From the NCBI GenBank assembly GCA_947626445.1, contig CANQSC010000001.1, forward strand, positions 1 through 54,080: 54,080 nucleotides of DNA, written 5' to 3'. Under the pieces are notes generated by a model, which was given only the letters and a program-made list of their open reading frames with translations, had not been told where the DNA came from and did no database searches. Source of the stretch: an uncultured Bacilli bacterium. GTDB lineage: Bacteria; Bacillota_I; Bacilli_A; RF39; UBA660. A program made the position numbers and the translations under genes. Positions 38,531 through 47,038 of this stretch are shown piece by piece; within the stretch, counting starts at the first letter, position 1, and each line of letters starts with the position of its first letter.

Positions 38531-39110
38531 CCATATTATAAAATGTATTAGGTTTTAACCCTAATATTTCCATAGCTTCCTTTGTCTTAATCTCTTTATT
38601 TTTCCACTGATTAACTATAATATCAAAGTTTTGTGGTTTTTCTATTTTAGGTCTGCCAAACTTAACACCTTTTTCTTTGGCTACATCAATTCCTTTTCTT
38701 TGATTACGATTTATACTTTCTCTTTGCTTATGAGCATTAAAACTTAAAACTTGTAATACTAAATCACAAACAAAAGTACCCAATAAATCTTTGTGTAATG
38801 TTGTATCTAATAAAGGCATATCAATTACTTTAATATCGGCTTTGATTCTTTTTGTAATATCTCGCCATTCCTCTAAAATCATATTATAATTTCTACCTAA
38901 TCTATCTATACTATCAATAACTAATAAATCGCCCTCTCTTAAAATTGTTTTTAAAATATTATAATTTTCTCTATCAAAATCTTTCCCCGATTTTTTGTCT
39001 ATAAAAATATCTCTATCTTCTATATTTAATTTCTTAAACTCTGCTATTTGCCTATCTTCGTTTTGGTCTTTGCTACTAACTCTACCATAACCAAATATTT
39101 TATTTTTCAT
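38517..39110 (-). CDS. Small serine recombinase (resolvase/invertase family)
   Basis: IFGYGRVSSKDQNEDRQ catalytic motif, LVIDSIDRLGRN, C-terminal HTH. Confidence 0.85.
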   Translation of the reverse strand: MKNKIFGYGRVSSKDQNEDRQIAEFKKLNIEDRDIFIDKKSGKDFDRENYNILKTILREGDLLVIDSIDRLGRNYNMILEEWRDITKRIKADIKVIDMPLLDTTLHKDLLGTFVCDLVLQVLSFNAHKQRESINRNQRKGIDVAKEKGVKFGRPKIEKPQNFDIIVNQWKNKEIKTKEAMEILGLKPNTFYNMVNDM

Positions 39111-39117
39111 TTAATAC

Positions 39118-39345
39118 CTACCTCGTTAAATATTTTTTAATTTCATTATAAAGTACGCCTCTAAGATCTTCGCTAAAAAATCTTAATGTTGCATTTAAAC
39201 CTTGTTCTTTTAATTCAGTTATAAAGTTTATGCAAGCATTAGAATATGGAAATTCCTCTTTACTTTCATTTAAACCAACTAAAACAACATCATTAAAATC
39301 ACTACACATATTTGCAACATATTGCTTTGTTATTTCTTCTCTCAT
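39118..39345 (-). CDS. Hypothetical small protein (75 aa)
   Basis: ORF track 39118..39390 trimmed to ATG 39345 (AGGAGGTGG SD). Confidence 0.5.
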   Translation of the reverse strand: MREEITKQYVANMCSDFNDVVLVGLNESKEEFPYSNACINFITELKEQGLNATLRFFSEDLRGVLYNEIKKYLTR

Positions 39346-39470
39346 TTTATGCCACCTCCTTACCATATGAATAAAAATTATATGATACAATTCGTTTTCT
39401 TAAAAGGTTTTTCTTTAAAAAAGTCGAAAAACTTTTTAAATATTTGAAAAATCGATTATTCACATTTTCA

Positions 39471-39510
39471 AATAAAAAAAGACTTAATTTATCAATAAAA
39501 TTAAATCTTT
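39471..39510 (-). terminator. Terminator closing the macro-domain operon
   Basis: 13-bp stem with one mismatch (39478-39490/39498-39510), followed by a T-rich run on the minus strand, about 30 nt after the 39542 stop. Confidence 0.55.
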
Positions 39511-39541
39511 ATAAAAGTACACTTTTTTAAATATCAATAAT

Positions 39542-39784
39542 TTAATTATCTAACATAGTAAGTTCATCATCTAATAACTTAAATGTTTTACCTTTATACT
39601 TAAAAATAAATCTATTAAATTGATTTTCTAATTTATTTGTCTTTTCAGCCTCAATTACATCAATTTTATTAACATTAAAATTAGTTTTATCACTTACTAT
39701 CTTTTGTAAATGATAATATAATCTTCTTTCCTTTGGTACTCCAAAAAAATCTATTTCTCTTTTAATCTTTTGTAATATATTCAT
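39542..39784 (-). CDS. Hypothetical small protein (80 aa), third gene of the macro operon
   Basis: ORF track; its ATG overlaps the macro gene stop (ATGA, 39781-39784). Confidence 0.55.
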   Translation of the reverse strand: MNILQKIKREIDFFGVPKERRLYYHLQKIVSDKTNFNVNKIDVIEAEKTNKLENQFNRFIFKYKGKTFKLLDDELTMLDN

Positions 39785-40290
39785 AATTTCCCACTTTCTA
39801 TATAATATCTTTTTATTTCTTCACTTGGTAATACTAATGTAAAATCAATATCGTAAATGTTTATTAACTCATTTAATTTATTAACAATATGTTTTGCAAT
39901 ATCACTATGTTTATAACCGTGTACCCCTGTGCCTATACTTACACTAATAATATTTTTATAACCCTTATCTTTTGCCGATATAACTATTTTTTCATAACTT
40001 TCCAATAAATCTAATAAAGGTCTTTTGCTTTCATAATACTTAGGACAATATATATGTAAAATATCTATACCTAGATTAAACCCTGGACTAAATCTAATTT
40101 CATTTATTTGCATATTTTCTTTATAATGTTTTTTACAATAATCTTCTAATAATTCCTTATTTGCTTTTTTATAAATTGCACCACAAACACCACTACCACA
40201 TATCATATATTTATTATTACTATTAACTATTAAATCTTTGTTATCTAAATAATCAAATATATTGCCACTAACTATATTTAACTTTTTCAT
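39781..40290 (-). CDS. Macro domain protein (ADP-ribose binding/hydrolase fold)
   Basis: NIVSGNIFDY..DLIVNSNN..GSGVCGAIYKKA and ISVSIGTGVHGY match the macro-domain GDI..IVNAAN..GGGV.GAI and IS.G.YGY signatures. ORF track 39781..40317 (TTG start); ATG 40290 preferred. Confidence 0.7.
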   Translation of the reverse strand: MKKLNIVSGNIFDYLDNKDLIVNSNNKYMICGSGVCGAIYKKANKELLEDYCKKHYKENMQINEIRFSPGFNLGIDILHIYCPKYYESKRPLLDLLESYEKIVISAKDKGYKNIISVSIGTGVHGYKHSDIAKHIVNKLNELINIYDIDFTLVLPSEEIKRYYIESGKL

Positions 40291-40309
40291 TTCTTCACCA
40301 TTAAATCGC

Positions 40310-41209
40310 TTATTCAAACTTATTTAATACTTGTCCGTTTCTATAATAATCTTTGTCAGCATACCTTATACAAATAACATTATTATTACTATCTAAGTAT
40401 AATATCACATTATCGCTTAAATCAGTTTTTATTCTATAACCCTTAGAGCCTACACCCTCAAAACCATCTAAACTTTCACTATCGGCATACATATCATCAA
40501 AACTTTCTATTCCTACATCTTTTAATATTTCATTTATAGTAATGGCTTGGTCTTTCTCAACATTTGCTATTCTTTTAATTATATTAACTTCTTTTGGTGT
40601 ACCATTACTGACTGATAACCCTATTATTGCAATAAATACTATAAATATTACTATACCAATTACAATACCAAATATTGTTTTTAATTTTTTTGTACTTTTT
40701 AATACTTGTCCACAATTACTACATTTAAACTCGCTAATATTATATTCTTTCCCACAATTAGGACATTTATTTTCTTCTTTTGATAAATTAACAATATGAT
40801 TTAATTTCTTTACAAATGAAGCCCCAGAGAAAGCACCATTAACATAAACACTAATGACTTTATTTTCGTTATCTTCTTTATAGTTAACTACAATATACTG
40901 CACATCTTCATTTATTTGTTTTGTCCCAGTACCACTTAAACCACCTAAGACTAAACCAACACCACCAAATAATAAACCACCTGTTATACCTCTACCGATA
41001 ACACTTTTATTTTTTTCTTTTAAATGCTTATCATTTATAACACCAACATTGATAATATCTTTTAAACTAATTTCTTTTATAACTTGTCCTCTAATATCAC
41101 AATATTGTAAATGATAATTAGTTATCTTTAAAATACAACTTGCTTCTTCTCTAACACTTAACCCCTCATAATGCTTAGCATTAACTCTTAATATTTCTTT
41201 TTCTTTCAT
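40310..41209 (-). CDS. Membrane protein: N-terminal PH-like region with glycine-zipper, zinc ribbon, TM helix, C-terminal extracytoplasmic domain
   Basis: GRGITGGLLFGGVGLVLGGLSGTG glycine zipper; CPNCGKEYNISEFKCSNCG; TM IFGIVIGIVIFIVFIAIIGLSV. Confidence 0.6.
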   Translation of the reverse strand: MKEKEILRVNAKHYEGLSVREEASCILKITNYHLQYCDIRGQVIKEISLKDIINVGVINDKHLKEKNKSVIGRGITGGLLFGGVGLVLGGLSGTGTKQINEDVQYIVVNYKEDNENKVISVYVNGAFSGASFVKKLNHIVNLSKEENKCPNCGKEYNISEFKCSNCGQVLKSTKKLKTIFGIVIGIVIFIVFIAIIGLSVSNGTPKEVNIIKRIANVEKDQAITINEILKDVGIESFDDMYADSESLDGFEGVGSKGYRIKTDLSDNVILYLDSNNNVICIRYADKDYYRNGQVLNKFE

Positions 41210-41316
41210 TTCTTAAACCTTTCTTTCTTAATTACTCATTATTCGTTAAATATCTCGTTAATTTTAACCTTTTTCTATTTCTACAATATAATTCCATTGT
41301 TAATAGTCAAAACTAC

Positions 41317-41970
41317 TTATTTAACATTTATTTCATTTAATAAATATATAAATGTCCCTGTGCTACTATCATCTATCTTTGAATAATCTTGCCATTTAAT
41401 TTTATAACTACTTTTTAAATGAATAGGCTTTTCACAATTCTTTTTAGTTCCTATACTCGCATTATCTTTCCAATATAAAAAACCACTTTTAATACTATTA
41501 TTTTCTAATGATAACTCTTCATAAATACAATTTTCTTTTTTTGGCTTTTTGTAATAACTCATATCGTTAGTAATAAATAAAGTATAACCACATTTAAAAT
41601 TAGTAATATTATCTCTACATTGTTCTATTCGCTCAATATCTTTCAAATATAGATAACTATTAACATCTTTGGCACTATGTTCTTTTAAGTTATATATTTC
41701 ATTATCAATTAACTTAACACATTTTTTAGTTTTATATTTTAACTCTATTACATATAAATTATTTTTATCAATTACAGCAATATCAATATGCATATTACTA
41801 TTGAAAGTTGGACTATATTCGGCTCTTACTTTAAAAGTTGGATATAACTCTTTAATTACAAAACCTAGTTCTATTTGTAAATCGGTTTCCGACACAAAAA
41901 GTTTTCGCCTTTCTTTTAATTTCAATAATATTAAGTTAATATCAAAATCTTTTCTCATATCATAATGCAC
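41317..41970 (-). CDS. PD-(D/E)xK nuclease-fold protein (putative)
   Basis: SETDLQIEL .. HIDIAVIDKNNLYVIELKYK gives an E..D..ExK arrangement. No other motif recognised. Confidence 0.45.
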   Translation of the reverse strand: MHYDMRKDFDINLILLKLKERRKLFVSETDLQIELGFVIKELYPTFKVRAEYSPTFNSNMHIDIAVIDKNNLYVIELKYKTKKCVKLIDNEIYNLKEHSAKDVNSYLYLKDIERIEQCRDNITNFKCGYTLFITNDMSYYKKPKKENCIYEELSLENNSIKSGFLYWKDNASIGTKKNCEKPIHLKSSYKIKWQDYSKIDDSSTGTFIYLLNEINVK

Positions 41971-42085
41971 CTACACATACATTATAACACAAAAATATAT
42001 AATTTCACACATATAAATATAACTAATATCACTATCACTAATATTTAATAATTTTAAAATTATATATGAGAGGAGGTCTTTAAGT

Positions 42086-42415
42086 ATGATAAATAATTTA
42101 AAACAAATCCGTAATGATAAGAAACTATTACAAACCAAAGTTGCTATGGACTTAAATGTGACACAAGAGACCATATCTTCATACGAAACTGGTAGAGTTT
42201 TTCCAAGTTCTGATATGCTTATAAGACTTGCTGATTACTATAATACATCTATTGATTATCTTTTATGTCGTACTAAGTATAATCTTCCTATTGATAATAT
42301 CAAACCTAATAATATTTCAAATGATGATTTTGTCCTTCTAAACAAGATTAACAGTTTATCTCATACTGATAAAGCAAAAGTTCAAGGATATGTTGATAGT
42401 TTAATTTCTAAATAA
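42086..42415 (+). CDS. XRE-family helix-turn-helix transcriptional regulator
   Basis: LLQTKVAMDLNVTQETISSYETGRVFPSSDMLIRLADYYNTSIDYLL; GAGGAGG SD. Confidence 0.8.
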   Translation: MINNLKQIRNDKKLLQTKVAMDLNVTQETISSYETGRVFPSSDMLIRLADYYNTSIDYLLCRTKYNLPIDNIKPNNISNDDFVLLNKINSLSHTDKAKVQGYVDSLISK

Positions 42416-42597
42416 TATATATGAAAGTGTATTTTAATTTTACTTTTTCCCTTTAAATACCACTATATTACTTTTACTTTCATATACTCTTTTCTTGGAA
42501 GATAATATATTCTTTAATATTATAAAAATATATTCTTTTTAGTTGAATAGTATATTTAAAAATATAAAGTGAGTATATTTATTTATATATATTGTAT

Positions 42598-42625
42598 GAT
42601 AGTTCTATTGCTATCTTTTTTTTAC
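42598..42625 (+). terminator. Hairpin GATAG..CTATC + T8
   Basis: Short stem followed by eight T on the plus strand, downstream of the XRE gene. Confidence 0.4.
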
Positions 42626-42626
42626 C

Positions 42627-43430
42627 TTAAAACCCTATATTTTCATCAAATATTCTATTTCTTATACTAAGATTTTCCTGTACTTTATTACTTTTAACTA
42701 AAATATCATAATTATTGTTTATTTTTTCTTGCTTTACTTTTCTCATAAAATCATTAGCATATTTATTGTTTTGTTCTTTTGTAATGTTCCAATAAAACTC
42801 CATTAACTTATAATAATCATCATCTGCTTTTAATAATTTCTTATTACTAATTTTACCTATATTTCTTTTTGCTGTTCTCATTTTCATAAAAGCATTATAT
42901 AATTTTTTTAAACTATATTCTTTGGGTATAGTGTCCTCAGTACAATAATTACAAAATAATATATCTTCGGCTTGGTCTATAAAATATTCGATTTTTTTAA
43001 TATTGGTATTTTTCTTATAGGTCTTTTTATATTCTTTATCTTTTTTAGTATTATTTAATTTATCATACCAATTCTTATCAATATATGCTTTTATCTTCTC
43101 TCTAAACGCGTAAACTGGTTTTGATACTAATAAGATATGTATATGCCAATTAACCTCTAAATTACCATTATAATACTTTAAATCAAAAGGACTATATTCT
43201 TTTATTTTTCTAGGTCTCCCTTTTTTGCCATTATGCTCATAATAAACTATTGATGTATTACCTTTAATATTACTCGTGCATATTATTGCTTGTGCCTCAT
43301 AATTTTCATATTTATTACAAGTATATCTAATGAACTCTTTTAATCTTTTAGCATATCTATATGCCTCATCTCTATCTTTAAACTTAATATCTAAATCAAA
43401 ACTTGATATTCCTAACTTACTTTTTGACAT
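42627..43430 (-). CDS. Hypothetical protein with HUH-like motif (possible Rep/relaxase-type endonuclease)
   Basis: ORF track 42627..43439; ATG 43430 with GGTGGA SD. NWHIHILLVS resembles rolling-circle Rep motif 2 (HUHUUU). Candidate motif 1 (AIICTSN) and Tyr region (KKIEYFIDQ) are weak. Confidence 0.35.
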   Translation of the reverse strand: MSKSKLGISSFDLDIKFKDRDEAYRYAKRLKEFIRYTCNKYENYEAQAIICTSNIKGNTSIVYYEHNGKKGRPRKIKEYSPFDLKYYNGNLEVNWHIHILLVSKPVYAFREKIKAYIDKNWYDKLNNTKKDKEYKKTYKKNTNIKKIEYFIDQAEDILFCNYCTEDTIPKEYSLKKLYNAFMKMRTAKRNIGKISNKKLLKADDDYYKLMEFYWNITKEQNNKYANDFMRKVKQEKINNNYDILVKSNKVQENLSIRNRIFDENIGF

Positions 43431-43502
43431 CTTTTCCACCGTTTTTACAAAAACTATTGTTAATGTGTTCTACCTTTCTCTTATTTTTATTGGTTTTATC
43501 AC

Positions 43503-43521
43503 ATTATAAGTTTTTATCCCG
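43503..43521. repeat. Fourth (reverse) copy of the 19-nt motif at the right element end
   Basis: attataagtttttatcccg is the reverse complement of cgggataaaaacttataat. Confidence 0.7.
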
Positions 43522-43527
43522 ATGGGG

Positions 43528-44080
43528 CGGAATGCCGGCCTTAAATTTCTTAAACGCTTTAAAAAATGCCGGAATTGACAAAGATAAAATTAAACTAAAT
43601 TATTCAGTGGAATTTGCAGCATTAAGCGGTTCATTTATTGGAAACACTGGCGACTTTGTAAATCTATTTGAACCTAATGCAACATTACTTGAAAAAGAAG
43701 GATTAGGTTATGTTGTCGCATCAATTGGAGAATATTCAGGAGAAATGCCATATACAGCATTCTATACTAAAAAAAGTTTCTTAGAAAATAAACAAGAAAC
43801 CTTAGAAAAATTTAATACCGCAATTAATAAAGGATTACAATATACTTATGAAAATAGTCCTAAAACAATAGCCGAAGCGATCATAAAACAATTTCCAGAT
43901 ACAAAAATAAATGACTTAGAAACAATTATTAATCGTTATAAAGAAAGTGATAGTTGGTTAACTACTACTCATATATCTGAACAAATGGTTAAAAATTTAG
44001 AAGATATTATGATTGAAAATGATTTATTAGATGATTATGTCCCATATAATGATTTATTCCATAATTTAACAAATGAATAG
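43528..44080 (+). pseudogene. 3' fragment of the interrupted ABC substrate-binding protein gene
   Basis: ..GGMPALNFLNALKNAGID..YVVASIGEYSGEMPYTAFYTKKSF.. continues the 33933..34372 frame. ORF track 43403..44080 begins inside element DNA. Confidence 0.75.
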
Positions 44081-44822
44081 TATTTTGGAAATCGAAAACT
44101 TAGAAAAAAACTACTATACTAAACAAGGTGAAATTAAAGCAATCGATAATATATCTTTAAAAATAAAAGAAGGAGAAATTGTAACCATTGTTGGTACCAG
44201 TGGCTGTGGCAAGTCTTCGCTTTTAGGAATTTTAGCTAACATTGAAGATAAAACAAATGGCAAGATAAAATATCAAAAAGATAAACCAACAATTGGTTAT
44301 ATGCTCCAAAATGATGCTTTATTTCCTTGGCTAACTATTTTTGATAATGCTATTTTAGGACTTAAAATCGCCAAAAAAGATACTTTAGAAAATAAAGAAT
44401 ATGTTAAGAATTTATTAAAAACTTACAATTTAGAAGAATTTATAAATAAATATCCTAACGAATTATCAGGGGGAATGAGACAAAGAGTTGCACTTATTCG
44501 CACACTTGCTTTGAAACCTGATATTTTGTTATTAGATGAACCTTTTTCAGCATTAGATTATCAATCAAGACTAGCCGTAAGTGCCGATGTTTTTAAAATT
44601 ATTAAACGAGAAAATATTACGACAATTCTAGTAAGCCATGATGTTGGAGAAGCGGTAAGTCTTTCAAATAAGGTTGTGGTTCTATCAAAAAGACCTTGTA
44701 AAATCAAAAAAATCTATGATATTGATTTACCATATGATAATCCCATTGATAATAGAAATACTAAAGAATTTAATGAACTTTACAATAAGATATGGAAGGA
44801 TTTAGATGTCTATGTCAACTAA
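44073..44822 (+). CDS. ABC transporter ATP-binding protein (NitT/TauT-SsuB-like)
   Basis: Walker A GTSGCGKSS, signature LSGGMRQR, Walker B LLLDEPFSALD. Confidence 0.85.
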   Translation: MNSILEIENLEKNYYTKQGEIKAIDNISLKIKEGEIVTIVGTSGCGKSSLLGILANIEDKTNGKIKYQKDKPTIGYMLQNDALFPWLTIFDNAILGLKIAKKDTLENKEYVKNLLKTYNLEEFINKYPNELSGGMRQRVALIRTLALKPDILLLDEPFSALDYQSRLAVSADVFKIIKRENITTILVSHDVGEAVSLSNKVVVLSKRPCKIKKIYDIDLPYDNPIDNRNTKEFNELYNKIWKDLDVYVN

Positions 44823-45603
44823 TCAAAAAAAATTTTTACAAAAAGAAAGACGAAATAAAATATTTGTAATTTTAATGCAAATTTTAATTGTGGTTATCTT
44901 TTTAATATCATGGGAAGTTCTTGCTAATAAGAAAATTTTAAATCCCTTTATTTTTTCTAGTCCATCAAGAATTATTTTAACAATTAAAAATCTCTTTTTA
45001 GAAGGTTCTTTAATTACTCATATTTTAACAACTTTATATGAAATAGTTTTAGCCTTTTTTATTGGTATAGCTAGTGGATTTCTAATTGCCATTTTACTTT
45101 ATGAAGTAAAAACTTTAGCTAAAATTCTTGACCCATTTTTAACCATGTTAAACAGTTTACCAAAAGTTGCTTTAGGACCAATTATTATTATCTGGGCTGG
45201 AGCAAACACGAAAGCAATTATAGTGATGGCTTTATTAATCAATTTAATAGTTAGTATTGTAAATATTTATAATGGTTTTTTAGGAACAGATGAAATAAAA
45301 ATTAAATTATTACAATCTTTTGGCGCAACAAAAGGACAAATTCTAAGATATTTAGTTATTCCTGGCTCTAAAAGAACAATTATTTCATCACTTAAATTAA
45401 ACATATCAATGACTTTAATCGGGGTTATAATGGGAGAGTTTTTAGTTAGTAAAAAAGGAATAGGTTACTTAATCATATATGGTACACAAGTATTTAACTT
45501 AAATGTCGTAATGGCTGGAATTGTTATTTTAATCATTTTATCATTTATTATATATGAGGGTGTTTCACTACTTGAGAAAAAACTTTTACAAGAAAAAAAT
45601 TAA
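44806..45603 (+). CDS. ABC transporter permease (SsuC/TauC-like)
   Basis: Multi-TM protein, overlaps the ATPase gene by 17 nt; typical binding-protein-dependent permease layout. Confidence 0.8.
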   Translation: MSMSTNQKKFLQKERRNKIFVILMQILIVVIFLISWEVLANKKILNPFIFSSPSRIILTIKNLFLEGSLITHILTTLYEIVLAFFIGIASGFLIAILLYEVKTLAKILDPFLTMLNSLPKVALGPIIIIWAGANTKAIIVMALLINLIVSIVNIYNGFLGTDEIKIKLLQSFGATKGQILRYLVIPGSKRTIISSLKLNISMTLIGVIMGEFLVSKKGIGYLIIYGTQVFNLNVVMAGIVILIILSFIIYEGVSLLEKKLLQEKN

Positions 45604-45636
45604 GGCTATTGACAATAAGTCAAAGCCTTTTATTTA
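45602..45636 (+). terminator. Rho-independent terminator of the ABC operon
   Basis: Stem AAGGCT-a-TTGAC / GTCAA-AGCCTT (45602-45629) followed by T-rich sequence. Confidence 0.6.
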
Positions 45637-45656
45637 TGATTATCAATTAATTTTTT

Positions 45657-46871
45657 TTATATTTCATCTGATAATAAAAAATCAATAATATTTTTATGAA
45701 TAATTCCATTTTGAGAATAACTTAATGTATCCATAGAAATAACATATTTTGGATAATTATCTTTAATATTATCAAATACCCCAAATTCTCTATTAATAAC
45801 ATCTTCATCTGCTAATAAATATGCTACTTGAACATAAATTTTCTTTTCAAATTTTGTAGCTATAAAATCTATTTCTTTTTCACCAATATTTCCAACATTT
45901 ACATTATATCCTCGAGAAATAAGTTCATTATATACAATATTTTCTAATTTAAATCCTATTTGTTCTTTTCGCCCTTCACTAATTATTTCTGTAAAGCCTA
46001 AATCAGCGACATAATATTTATATTTACCTGTTAAGATACGTTTACCTCTTATATCATATCTTTCAGCTTTTCTAACTATTAATGATTCGGTAATATATTC
46101 TAGATAATTATATATTGTTTCTAAAGATACTTTTCTATTCTCACTTTCAAAATACTTTACAAGTGAACCAGCAGAAAATGTTTGAGCTGGGGTTGTTATA
46201 ATATATGTTATTATTCTATTAAATAAATCAATATCTTTTATTTTATATCTTTCAATTATATCCTTTATAACTATTGAATTGTAGACATCTTTTAAATAAT
46301 TTTTAATTTCTATTTCATTATTTTGACTAAATCTTTGAGGCATTCCACCCCATTTAATATAATTATCAAATAATTCTGCTAATTCATATTTATTTTTATT
46401 TTCATTATTAGTTAATTCACATACTTCTTTAAAAGTAAATGGATAGATATTAAAACTTACATATCGACCAGCAATAAGAGTTGCTAGTTCACCTGATAAT
46501 AATTTGCTATTAGAACCAGTAATAAATATCGATATTTTGTCTTTATATTTAGCCTTAAATGAATTTATAACTTTTTCCCAATCTAAAACATTTTGAATTT
46601 CATCAAAAAATAAATAATATTTTTGATTTTTTTTGATTTGTTCAGAAATATAACTATTTAAACTATCTGGACTTGCATATTTCATATTTTCGATAATTTC
46701 AAAATTTAGATATATTATTTGCTTATCTTTTACACCCTGTTCTTTTAATTCATCCATAATTTGAAGAAGCAATATCGACTTACCACTTCTTCGCATTCCA
46801 GTTATAACTTTTATTATGTCTTGATCATAAAATCCACGAATGTTTTTTAAATATTTTTCTCTTTTTAACAT
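45657..46871 (-). CDS. AAA+ ATPase (AAA_14 + DUF4143-type architecture)
   Basis: Walker A GMRRSGKS, Walker B YLFFDEIQ. C-terminal EIDFIA..YVQVAY PD-(D/E)xK-like region as recalled for DUF4143. Confidence 0.7.
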   Translation of the reverse strand: MLKREKYLKNIRGFYDQDIIKVITGMRRSGKSILLLQIMDELKEQGVKDKQIIYLNFEIIENMKYASPDSLNSYISEQIKKNQKYYLFFDEIQNVLDWEKVINSFKAKYKDKISIFITGSNSKLLSGELATLIAGRYVSFNIYPFTFKEVCELTNNENKNKYELAELFDNYIKWGGMPQRFSQNNEIEIKNYLKDVYNSIVIKDIIERYKIKDIDLFNRIITYIITTPAQTFSAGSLVKYFESENRKVSLETIYNYLEYITESLIVRKAERYDIRGKRILTGKYKYYVADLGFTEIISEGRKEQIGFKLENIVYNELISRGYNVNVGNIGEKEIDFIATKFEKKIYVQVAYLLADEDVINREFGVFDNIKDNYPKYVISMDTLSYSQNGIIHKNIIDFLLSDEI

Positions 46872-46915
46872 TTGAAATCACCCTTTTCAAATAACATTAT
46901 ATTATAGCTTTTTTA

Positions 46916-46957
46916 AAAAGTCAATTTTTTACGGTATAGAGTAAAAAATTGACTTTT
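46916..46957. promoter_or_regulatory. Perfect 17-bp inverted repeat (AAAAGTCAATTTTTTAC-8 nt-GTAAAAAATTGACTTTT) upstream of the AAA ATPase gene
   Basis: Arms 46916-46932 and 46941-46957 verified base by base; 45 nt upstream of ATG 46871. Confidence 0.4.
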
Positions 46958-46992
46958 CTATCATTTTTTTACGATTGCTTATAAAAGCAAAA

Positions 46993-47020
46993 ATTCTAGT
47001 AAACCTTTTATTACTAGAAT
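46993..47020 (-). terminator. Terminator after the IMPase gene
   Basis: ATTCTAGTAA / TTACTAGAAT 10-bp stem, followed by T5 on the minus strand. Confidence 0.6.
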
Positions 47021-47038
47021 TCTAATTTTATTTAAGTA

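Larger units (their letters stand above)
34373..43527. mobile_element. 9155-bp integrated element with a large serine recombinase at its left end
   Basis: It splits the SBP gene. Joining 34372 to 43528 restores an in-frame 330-aa ORF (..EVLVGRLGGMPALNFL..). GG dinucleotides at both junctions. Element-internal arms flanking the GG are inverted repeats (16/22). Confidence 0.75.

Noticed and set aside
43403-43527. N-terminal 41 codons of ORF 43403..44080
   Set aside because: This part reads through element DNA (antisense to the HUH-like gene start) with no SD. The genuine coding sequence is the 3' fragment of the split SBP gene, from 43528.
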